Assembly: GCA_037445735.1 (NCBI GenBank)
Contig: JBBIJY010000004.1
Coordinates: forward strand, 60,674-124,673
Direction: 5' to 3'
Source: Armatimonadota bacterium
Lineage (GTDB): Bacteria > Armatimonadota > Fimbriimonadia > Fimbriimonadales > GBS-DC
Length of the DNA: 64,000 bases
Part shown: positions 17,501-25,009 of the stretch, piece after piece
How the letters are laid out: the number at the start of each line of letters is the position of its first letter
How positions within the stretch are numbered: position 1 is the first letter of the stretch
Notes under the pieces: model-generated
Seen by the model: the letters and a program-made list of their open reading frames with translations, nothing else
The model's database searches: none
What the model was told of the DNA's origin: nothing
Position numbers and translations under genes: made by a program

Positions 17501-20049
17501 ACGAGAACACAGCCAACAAATCCAAAATCCTCTACCTTGCTTTCGGGCTGGAAGGTGTCGACTCGGGCTACGAGGAGATTGCTGGCGTCATCTGGTGCAG
17601 CGCCTTCCGCAATAAGGTGTTGCATAACGCCTTCGGCTGGATGACGCACAGCGTGCTGCGCGGCGTCGTGCGCGAGTACGATCCCGAAACCCGCACCTAT
17701 CAACCGCTGCCGCGTGCCTTCGTGCGGGTCACGGGCATTCTGCCGAACAGTGTCAACGGTGTGGAGGTGGGCTACGCCATCACCGACTCGGCAGGTGAAT
17801 ACACCATCTTCGGAATAGAGGCGGGGCTTTACCTGGTGGACGCCATTCGCCCTGGCTATCGTGTGCAGCACCCGGAGACCGTGATTTTAGTCGCGCAGGA
17901 GTTTGAGCTGAATCTGGTGATGCTGAAGGTGCCGCCCGGGCAAATCAGCGGGCGGGTCATCGATATTAACAATCAGCCCGTGCGCTATGCCCTGGTACGA
18001 GCCACCAATGTGGACGACCCAACCCTCACCATCGAGGTGTTGAGCGATCCCGACGGCAACTTCCTGATGCCACGCGTGCCAGTGGGTACCTGGAATGTGG
18101 CCGTGGTCTCGCTGGCGCTGGGTGGCTACACACTACCGCCTGTTCGCCCGCAGCCCGACGGCGTGTTCCGCAATGTGCAGGTGCAAGCAGGTCAGACCAC
18201 GCAACTACCCGAACCCTTCGTGCTGGAGCCACTGCCCGGCACCATTCGCGGGCAGGTCACCCGCGCCGATAACGGGCAGCCAATTCAGGGCGCGCGCGTG
18301 GTCGCCATCGCCAATAATGTGGAGCGCGGCTCCGCCACCACCGACGCCAGCGGCAACTACAGCTTCCAGGTGCCCGGCGGCGAATACCAGGTGACGGCGA
18401 CGGCGCCCGGCTTCGCACCCAGCACCCAAACCGTCACCGTGCCCCGCGAAGGCGAAGTGGTGGTGAACTTCCAGCTGGCGAAACTGCCACCAGGGCGCGT
18501 GACGGGGCGCGTGGTGCGCAAGTTCGGCGGCGCACCCGAGCCCGGTGTCACGATCGAACTGCTCTTTGGCAACACAGCAGTGTATCGCACGCAAACCGAT
18601 TCGAGCGGAACCTATACGCTCAATAGCGTGGAGCCGGGCGACTATGTGGTGCGCCCGACCAAGACAGGCTTCACCTTCGAGCCGCCTACACGCACCATCA
18701 CGGTTCAACCGAACCAGACGACCACCGTAGGCGACTTCAAGTCGCAGCCGTTGCGCACCTTCTTCCGCGGGCGCAGCCTGGTGTCGGCGCCCTTCGATTA
18801 CAGTCAGGATATTGCCGACCTGCTCGATGTGCCACCCGACCAGCGGCGCTTCCCTGACTTCCGATTCTTCACCTGGGACACGGTGAACAGCCGCTACATC
18901 TTCTATCCCGACGCGCCCGCCAACCGCTTCGCGCTCGGACGCGGCTACTTCATCGAGACCACGCAGGACCTGCCGCTGGCAACCGAAGGCACACCCGCCG
19001 ACGAGAATCAGAGCTTCCCGATACCTCTGCGACGCGGCTGGAACCTGATTGGCACGCCGTTCCGATTCGACATCGACTGGGAACAGACCCAGGTGATTGA
19101 CCCCGACACCAACACGCCCATCTCCAACGCGACGGCGGTCGGCAAGCAGATTATCGCGAATGCGCTGTGGGGCTATGCGTTCGGCACCTACAACGCCACC
19201 CGCCGCATGAAAATCTGGGAGGGCTACTGGGTCTACGCCTATAAGGACACCACGCTGCTGATCCCGCCCACAGCGCGGGCGCGCTCGGCGGTCAGTCGCA
19301 GTGTGGACGCACCGACGCCTGCTGGCTGGACGCTCGCGCTGCAGGTGCAATCGGGCGAGCTGATGGATCAGGCGTACATCGGTGTCTCGCGTGGCGCATC
19401 GCCGGGCTATGACGCCGCGCACGACCTGCTCAAGCCGCCGCCCGTCGGGCGCGACTATGTGTATATCAGCATGCCGCGCCTGAACTGGGGCGCGCAGAGC
19501 GGTATGTACGGCGTGGATGTGCAGGCGCCCTCGCGCAGCGCGAGCTGGGAGTTCACCGTCGAGACCACCCAGCCCAATCGCGAAATCACCCTGCGCTGGC
19601 CCAACATCCACCTGCTGCCCCGCTCGGCGAACCTGGTGCTGGTGGACCTGCAGACGGGCGCCCGCCGCTACCTGCGCACCACCGGCTCCTACACCTTCCG
19701 CAGCCCGCAAAACGGTGTCAGCCGATTCCGAATCGAGCTGGCGTCCAGTGCAGGGCTGTTGCGCATCGGCAATGTGCAGGTTACAGGTGGGCGTGGCAAC
19801 CAGCGCACCATCACCTTCACCCTGACGGGCGAGGCGAGCGTGGAGGTCAGCGTGCTGGCAGGCGGCAGAGTGGTGCGCCAGCTGCTGACCAGTGCCGGAC
19901 GCAGCGCGGGCGTGCAACAGGTCAGCTGGGATGGGCGCGACCAGAACGGCATCGCGCTACCACCTGGCACCTACACCGTCGAAATTCGAGCGGTGAGCGA
20001 GGATGGGCAGGTGGCACGCGCCGCCACCACCATCATCCTCACCCGATAA
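14584..20049 (+). CDS. Large secreted multidomain protein: TolB-like propeller, GATase-like domain, carboxypeptidase-regulatory-like repeats, shared C-terminal module with FlgD-Ig-like tail
   Basis: Signal peptide (SVAFG); PAWSPDG PD40 repeat; about four G.V...G.P..GA.V...TD..G.Y repeats; tail V.WDGRD..G..LPPGTY. Confidence 0.8.
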   Translation: MAKRWWLILTALIIGSVAFGQNTASERPWEEVYRNRPNRHVLPNARPRTIPRQNYREVPPFPRWQGSLQWQKGGLFDPQRFHQQRQSQQQRSRAPRWDRDLTNAPTDELHPVYASRATRMFFASNATAVVDGRLANPGPYYHIWRGDLDDGSNPDLGQLTNYTQITGDTPDEQFSSQIQPSTNANGHLLAYASRSAAGSYNIIIRNLTTNQRVILTTDNNGVTQNLRPTLDPGGGLVIFSSNRLEAGETEADRRFRLYMARADGRPFDDGLFLKRLTTPAPGENDIEPAWSPDGSRVAFVRTFADGSSYIFMLDVRNLNIGQWTNFVDNNNNRPQDRQPAWTIDTDGSLHLVFASTRKSLDNQGRHQRQQPSNSVDTTNRIFDIYEIGTDIPEELGAVVRSITADPSTPALARPNYPGDTEQLAGALYPTGAFRERNRVAYQSTRLNEQQNQGPHDLWETFRTDTIPPVMELLPVVNPKEVYPPGSNVTIRIRVVDFQSGVQFVRIQIKDPDSAEQDEEGLEHKIYLFSTEVVDTQNIIIPVFIEIGQQAIHPETYEYKDPYVLAPLGFNGRLEDTLALRYVPDDPNNPDPTQSGWWEVTWRTPDVASDFYIDVIVRDNAGNEFLYDNISGFTTKIFTGGNRILLVSDYAAGQMFVQNRIGVVGNSVGRPTWLPVESYWTDNPTGKPPFDIAISPAGVPIIGDGAIPSPTVPFQFIRSDTLGSNTTYGNLYEIWRVQCRNPISPSVLAGYLPRYEREPTDLQGGFRTKLHAERIVVWASPYTGDLWAGAGHLLDPEVQTLLRNFLAGAGRLVVSGQDVAWALTLAGGTANEFLQQILQAQFDTDTAEDVFLPIPFARLRHQLDSSGLETNPDNNDPNPIAFNPGGMPIWFIVDGGVQASPENLQIADPATMLPSSAILRIIPPTALNGINSDGAWNQIWLDTIFTNPNERAPYKYTNPGITNDAQRQRAGTYYENTANKSKILYLAFGLEGVDSGYEEIAGVIWCSAFRNKVLHNAFGWMTHSVLRGVVREYDPETRTYQPLPRAFVRVTGILPNSVNGVEVGYAITDSAGEYTIFGIEAGLYLVDAIRPGYRVQHPETVILVAQEFELNLVMLKVPPGQISGRVIDINNQPVRYALVRATNVDDPTLTIEVLSDPDGNFLMPRVPVGTWNVAVVSLALGGYTLPPVRPQPDGVFRNVQVQAGQTTQLPEPFVLEPLPGTIRGQVTRADNGQPIQGARVVAIANNVERGSATTDASGNYSFQVPGGEYQVTATAPGFAPSTQTVTVPREGEVVVNFQLAKLPPGRVTGRVVRKFGGAPEPGVTIELLFGNTAVYRTQTDSSGTYTLNSVEPGDYVVRPTKTGFTFEPPTRTITVQPNQTTTVGDFKSQPLRTFFRGRSLVSAPFDYSQDIADLLDVPPDQRRFPDFRFFTWDTVNSRYIFYPDAPANRFALGRGYFIETTQDLPLATEGTPADENQSFPIPLRRGWNLIGTPFRFDIDWEQTQVIDPDTNTPISNATAVGKQIIANALWGYAFGTYNATRRMKIWEGYWVYAYKDTTLLIPPTARARSAVSRSVDAPTPAGWTLALQVQSGELMDQAYIGVSRGASPGYDAAHDLLKPPPVGRDYVYISMPRLNWGAQSGMYGVDVQAPSRSASWEFTVETTQPNREITLRWPNIHLLPRSANLVLVDLQTGARRYLRTTGSYTFRSPQNGVSRFRIELASSAGLLRIGNVQVTGGRGNQRTITFTLTGEASVEVSVLAGGRVVRQLLTSAGRSAGVQQVSWDGRDQNGIALPPGTYTVEIRAVSEDGQVARAATTIILTR

Positions 20050-20056
20050 CGCTTTC

Positions 20057-20083
20057 GCCCGTTCCCCCGCGCGGGGAACGGGC
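20057..20083 (+). other. Intergenic stem-loop without U-tract
   Basis: GCCCGTTCCCC-CGCGC-GGGGAACGGGC, 11-bp stem. Confidence 0.7.
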
Positions 20084-20137
20084 AGGAAGCAAGCCGTTCA
20101 CAAAGAAAATAGACAACGGTAAGGAGGAACGACCAGA

Positions 20138-21943
20138 GTGAAAACACGGAGGCGACGAATCTGGGCAAAACGCTGGAGCCTGGTGGGCGTCGTCAGCATG
20201 CTGCTGATGTGGCTGCTGACGCCGTTTGGCATACCACCTGCACGGGCACAGCTGGTGCAACTGCCGCGCATTGCGGTTATCGATTTCCAGAACAAAAGCG
20301 GCTACGGCGGTGCCAGCATCGCGCGCGCCGCCACCGACGCCGTTGCCAGCGAGTTCCAGAAAACGGGGCGCTACGAGGTGCTGGCGCGGGGCGAGATCGA
20401 ACAGCAGCTCAAAGACCTCGATTTAGCTCCCCCGCTGAGCAAAACGGGCTACCTGCGACTGGGACGCGCCCTCCAGCTCGAATCGATTGTGGCGGGCGAT
20501 GTGGAAGCCGTCACCTTCACTGGCTCCCCGAAGCAGGCACAGGTAACCCTCACGGTCAAGGTGATCGATGTGGCATCGGGTGAGCCGGTGAACGGCGCGG
20601 TCGTGACAGGCTCCAGCAACCCGCGCCCGGGCTACAGCGGCGACGACGATACCCTGGTGCTGGAGGCTGTGCGCAACGCCGCCTTCGAAGCGGTACGCAC
20701 CATTCAGACCTACACCATCCCGGAAGCGACCGTGCTGACCACCCGCGCGGGCAAGGAGGTGCTGCTCAATCGTGGCATTCGCGGCGGGCTGAAGCCCGGC
20801 ATGGAAATGATTGTTATCCGCAACGGCGAGGAAGTCGGGCGCATCCGCATCACCGAAGTGTCCGATAGCGACGCCGTGGGCGTGATCATCCAGTCGCTGC
20901 GCGGCATCCAGACCGAAGACAAAGCGCGTGCCGTGTTCGAAATACCCTCAGTCAAAATCAAAGCGGGCAAAGTGATCAAAGAGGAGCCACGCAGTCGCAC
21001 GGAGCGCAATCGGGCGCTCAAAGCGCTGGGTCCAATCCTTGTGCTGGGGCTGATTGCGTTCGGCGTCGCACGCGCGGCATCAGGCGGCAACACACCCGTG
21101 CAGGATGTCATCGCCGAAGCGGGTGCCGACGGCAACTTCGAACCCTTCGTGCGGATCTCATGGAAGACCACCCTCTTCGCCAAGAGCAACCGCGACCAGA
21201 TCCAGTGGCAAATCTACCGCTCCGACTTCATCGACATCGACGGCAACGGCAATATGATCCCGGTGGGTGTGGTGCCGGGCAATCAGCACTCCTTTATTGA
21301 CACCACTGTGCCGCGCGTGGTGAACTACGCCAGCCTGCCACGCGAGGGCAGTGAGGACCTGGGTCTGGAAGAGGTCGATACCGCGCCAGGCGTCGCGCCA
21401 GGACGATCCTACACTTACCAGCTGGCTCTGGTCTATCGTGAGGTGCGTGATGTGGCAGGTGGTGGCACGGGAGGCGGTGGCGGGCAGCAGCAGCAGGTAA
21501 TCTTCCTGATGTCGGATCGGGTGCGTTCCGGGCAGGCGACCGTCATTCAGCCCGTGCAGCTGCTGACCCCTGTCCAGCGCAGCGAGGATGTGGACCCGAA
21601 AGACATCCTTTTCAGCTGGCTGGCGTCGGAGGGTGCCAACGCCTACCGCATCGAGGTCTCCACCGATCCCACCTTCCGCGACCGTAGCCGAACCTTCGTC
21701 TCGGCGGAGATCCTTTCCACAGCGGTGGGCGGTAGCCCCGTTAGCCCACCAGACCGAATCAATATTGAATCGGCGCTGCTGCAGCGGCTGGGGCTGGTGG
21801 GTCGGCGCGTCACGCTCTACTGGCGCGTGGGCGCCCGCAACCTGAACGATAACCCCGGTCCCATAGCGGGTCCAGGTGGTCTGCGCTATGTGTGGAGCCG
21901 ACCGTTCGAGTTCACCACGCAGGAGCTGCCGCCACCACCCTGA
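20138..21943 (+). CDS. Secreted protein with a CsgG/HfaB(TolB-N)-like domain, FlgT-C-like domain, internal hydrophobic helix and FN3-like domains
   Basis: Signal ending ARA; RIAVIDFQN..GRYEV..R..LGR.L....IVAG.V..V.V.VIDV.SGE; LNRG..GLKPGM...GRIRITEV. Confidence 0.68.
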   Translation: MKTRRRRIWAKRWSLVGVVSMLLMWLLTPFGIPPARAQLVQLPRIAVIDFQNKSGYGGASIARAATDAVASEFQKTGRYEVLARGEIEQQLKDLDLAPPLSKTGYLRLGRALQLESIVAGDVEAVTFTGSPKQAQVTLTVKVIDVASGEPVNGAVVTGSSNPRPGYSGDDDTLVLEAVRNAAFEAVRTIQTYTIPEATVLTTRAGKEVLLNRGIRGGLKPGMEMIVIRNGEEVGRIRITEVSDSDAVGVIIQSLRGIQTEDKARAVFEIPSVKIKAGKVIKEEPRSRTERNRALKALGPILVLGLIAFGVARAASGGNTPVQDVIAEAGADGNFEPFVRISWKTTLFAKSNRDQIQWQIYRSDFIDIDGNGNMIPVGVVPGNQHSFIDTTVPRVVNYASLPREGSEDLGLEEVDTAPGVAPGRSYTYQLALVYREVRDVAGGGTGGGGGQQQQVIFLMSDRVRSGQATVIQPVQLLTPVQRSEDVDPKDILFSWLASEGANAYRIEVSTDPTFRDRSRTFVSAEILSTAVGGSPVSPPDRINIESALLQRLGLVGRRVTLYWRVGARNLNDNPGPIAGPGGLRYVWSRPFEFTTQELPPPP

Positions 21944-21961
21944 GCGCAGTACGATTCTCAA

Positions 21962-21991
21962 GCCGTTTCGGGAGGTCTCTCCCGAAACGGC
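21962..21991 (+). other. Intergenic stem-loop without U-tract
   Basis: GCCGTTTCGGGAG-GTCT-CTCCCGAAACGGC, 13-bp perfect stem. Confidence 0.7.
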
Positions 21992-22056
21992 ATACCCGTT
22001 TGAGCGTCAGAACAGATGAGAGTGCGATTGGGAACCAATCGGGAGGGAAGCAACCG

Positions 22057-24996
22057 ATGAGATGGATGTGGCGACTGTGGCTTGGATGGGTGCTGATCGT
22101 GGGCTGCGCGGCAGCCCAGACGCTGACACCCAACGATGTGGTGCCTGGCGAGATTCTGCTGACGATGCGCGCGGGCAGCCCGATTGAGAAGGTGCGTGCG
22201 CTGGCAAACAGTGTGAATGCCGATTTGCGCCCGATCCGTGTGCCCGCCACCTATGTACTGCGCCTGCGCGACCAGCAGGGCGTAACGGACGCCGTGCTGC
22301 TGGAGCGGGTTCAGCGCGCAGTGGATCAGCTTAAACAGGATGCGGATGTGTTGTATGTCCGCCCGAACTACATCCGCCGACCTGCCGATATACCGAACGA
22401 CCCGCGCTTTGGCGAGCAGTGGGCGCTCACTCTGATTCGGGCACCCGAAGCCTGGGATCAGGAGAAGGGGCAGGCGGGTGTTCGGCTCGCCATCATCGAC
22501 ACGAACTTTGACCGCAATCATCCCGATTTGACCGCGCGTTTTGACCCCCTCTCGCGCAACTTTGTGGCAGACCCTCCCGATGACAATATTGGTCCTGATC
22601 CAGGGGTCTCTTTTTCTCATGGCACAGCGGTTATGGGTGTTGCGGCTGCCAGCACCAACAACGGGGTTGGCATTGCGGGGCTATGCTGGCAAGGGGTTAC
22701 AGTCGTCGCCCTAACCACTACCAAGCAAGACACATTTCTACCGCTGGACAATATTCTGGAAGCCATGCAGCATGTGATCGACAATGCACGCGACAGTAGC
22801 GGCAATCAACAAATTCATGTGGTGAACATGAGTTTTGGCAGCTCCTTCCCTGACCCGCAGGAAAACAGCCTGATCCAGCAGATGTATCAGCGCGGGGTGG
22901 TGCCGGTCGCTGCTGCAGGGAATGAAAACTCTTCCTCGCCGCTCTATCCTTCTGACTACGAGAACGTGATCAGGGTGTCCGCAGTTGGTCCATCCGGTCT
23001 GAAGGCATCCTACTCGAACTATGACCGCATCGATCTGGCTGCACCCGGCGGCGATTTCCAAACAAGTTTGCGTGACGGGATTCTCAGTACGGAAGTCGGC
23101 GGGCGTTATGAGTATAATGTGGGTACCTCCCTTGCCTCACCGTATGTGGCAGCAGCGGTGGCATTGTTGATCTCGGCTGGCGCGCCTGTGCATGACCCCA
23201 ATCGGGACCCCATCCCCCCTGCCCAGGAGGCGCTGCAGGAGACTGCCAATACGATGCAGCGCACAGTGCCCGATCCCGAGCTGGGCTGGGGCATCATTGA
23301 TGTGGGTTCCGCTATTCGGGGCTTCGGCGGCGCCAGCGTCACGATTGTAAGCCCCGCGAACAACACCTTCACCGACACCCGACGCATGCGAATCAATGTG
23401 GTTGTGCGTCGCAGCACGCTGCCCCAGATTCGCCTCTTCTTCATGGGCGAGGAAATCCCGCGCTCGCAGTGGGAGCCGTTCGCAGGTGTCTCCAGCGATG
23501 GCAAAACCATCACCATTTCTGGCTATGAGCTGGTCGCGCCGGGTGAGGGGCGCTTCGAATTCACCGTAACAGCAGTGGGACAGGACGGCAATCCCGTGAG
23601 TGCGACCTCCACAATTACTGTGCGTTCCCGCCAGCAGCCAGCAGGTCTGGCGATGTTCGCCACACCCTATCGTGTGAGCGGGACACCCGAAGAGATTTTC
23701 GGCGCGGATGCGATTCTGGCGCGCTACCTGCCGTCGCAGGGTCGCTACGCGCGCTACTCTGGCAGCGGCACACGCGAGCCGGAAGCGAGCTTCAATCCGC
23801 CGGGTGCGCGCGTGCGCCCTGAAGGGAGCGCGATTCCCACCCCGCCACGCGGACTGGGCTACTTCCTGCGCACGAACAGCCCCGCCTTCATTCTGGGTGA
23901 CGAGTTCATCGATCCGAACACCGCCTACCTGATCCCGCTGGAACCGGGCTGGAACATGATTGGCAACCCGTTCCCATTCCCGGTACCCTGGAGCGCGTGC
24001 GAGATTGAGGTGGAAGGGCAGGCAGGCGTGCGCCAGCGGTTCAGCATTCTGGAGGCTGCTGACAAAGAATATATTCGCCCGCAAATCTATCGCTATATCA
24101 CGCTCACGGGCGAATACACATGGCGCACGGCGCCGCTGGGCGAGCTGCTGCCCTGGCAGGCGCACTGGGTGCGGGCACTCAAACCCTGCACGCTGATTGT
24201 GCCGCCGCTGGGCACAACCCGCAGCCGTGACGAGTCAGCCTCCGGTAACCCGCGCGTTACACCGGACACGCGCGACGGCTGGCTGATCCGCCTCATCGCC
24301 CGCAGCGGCGATCGGGAAGACGCCAACAACTTCATCGGAGTCAGCCTGCGCGCCCGCGACGAGATGGGCAGCGAAGATGTGGAGAAGCCACCGCTGTTCC
24401 AGTCATATGTGCAGCTGCGTGTAATCGAACCGCGCAGCCGCGCTGCGCTCGCGCAGGACCTGCGACGGGCTGCTAAACGCCGAATGCGCTGGGAACTGGA
24501 AATCACCACCGACAAGCCCAACGCGGAGGTCACACTCCGCTGGCAACAGGAGGTGCCGCTGCCAACCAGTATGCGACTGACGCTGGTGGATAGCCTCACA
24601 GGGCAGCGCATCTCGATGAATCGCCAGAGCGCGTACACCTTCCGCACCGATGAGAACAGCCGCCGGCGGTTTATTGTCGAGGCACACCCTGCACGCCTGA
24701 GCCAGCTGCGCATCACGAACTTCACCGTCGCCCGCACGCGCGGCAACCAGGTCACCATCCAGTACGCGCTGAACGCGGCCGCCAGCGTGCAGGTGCTGGT
24801 TCAGGATTCGGCGGGGCGAACGATTGCGCGTCTAACAGGCGGCACCCGCTCGGCAGGGCTGAACAGTGTTACCTGGACAGGGCGCACCGATTCGGGTATC
24901 GCCGTGCCACCAGGCACTTATCAGATTCAGATTATCGCGACGGGCGAGGAGGGCGACACAGCCCGCGCCGTGCGCCCGCTCGTCATGACCCGCTAA
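22057..24996 (+). CDS. S8 (subtilisin-like) serine peptidase with shared C-terminal module
   Basis: Signal peptide, prodomain, PNDP..QW; catalytic triad IIDT / SHGT / GTSLASP; AAAGN; FlgD-Ig-like tail; ATG 22057 with GGAGG. Confidence 0.9.
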   Translation: MRWMWRLWLGWVLIVGCAAAQTLTPNDVVPGEILLTMRAGSPIEKVRALANSVNADLRPIRVPATYVLRLRDQQGVTDAVLLERVQRAVDQLKQDADVLYVRPNYIRRPADIPNDPRFGEQWALTLIRAPEAWDQEKGQAGVRLAIIDTNFDRNHPDLTARFDPLSRNFVADPPDDNIGPDPGVSFSHGTAVMGVAAASTNNGVGIAGLCWQGVTVVALTTTKQDTFLPLDNILEAMQHVIDNARDSSGNQQIHVVNMSFGSSFPDPQENSLIQQMYQRGVVPVAAAGNENSSSPLYPSDYENVIRVSAVGPSGLKASYSNYDRIDLAAPGGDFQTSLRDGILSTEVGGRYEYNVGTSLASPYVAAAVALLISAGAPVHDPNRDPIPPAQEALQETANTMQRTVPDPELGWGIIDVGSAIRGFGGASVTIVSPANNTFTDTRRMRINVVVRRSTLPQIRLFFMGEEIPRSQWEPFAGVSSDGKTITISGYELVAPGEGRFEFTVTAVGQDGNPVSATSTITVRSRQQPAGLAMFATPYRVSGTPEEIFGADAILARYLPSQGRYARYSGSGTREPEASFNPPGARVRPEGSAIPTPPRGLGYFLRTNSPAFILGDEFIDPNTAYLIPLEPGWNMIGNPFPFPVPWSACEIEVEGQAGVRQRFSILEAADKEYIRPQIYRYITLTGEYTWRTAPLGELLPWQAHWVRALKPCTLIVPPLGTTRSRDESASGNPRVTPDTRDGWLIRLIARSGDREDANNFIGVSLRARDEMGSEDVEKPPLFQSYVQLRVIEPRSRAALAQDLRRAAKRRMRWELEITTDKPNAEVTLRWQQEVPLPTSMRLTLVDSLTGQRISMNRQSAYTFRTDENSRRRFIVEAHPARLSQLRITNFTVARTRGNQVTIQYALNAAASVQVLVQDSAGRTIARLTGGTRSAGLNSVTWTGRTDSGIAVPPGTYQIQIIATGEEGDTARAVRPLVMTR

Positions 24997-25009
24997 TGGA
25001 GGAAAGACT

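Noticed and set aside
18205-19917. Long antisense ORFs across the envelope cluster and other genes (e.g. 570 aa, 456 aa, 439 aa)
   Set aside because: Typical stop-poor reverse frames of GC-rich genes, with no motifs or translation signals.
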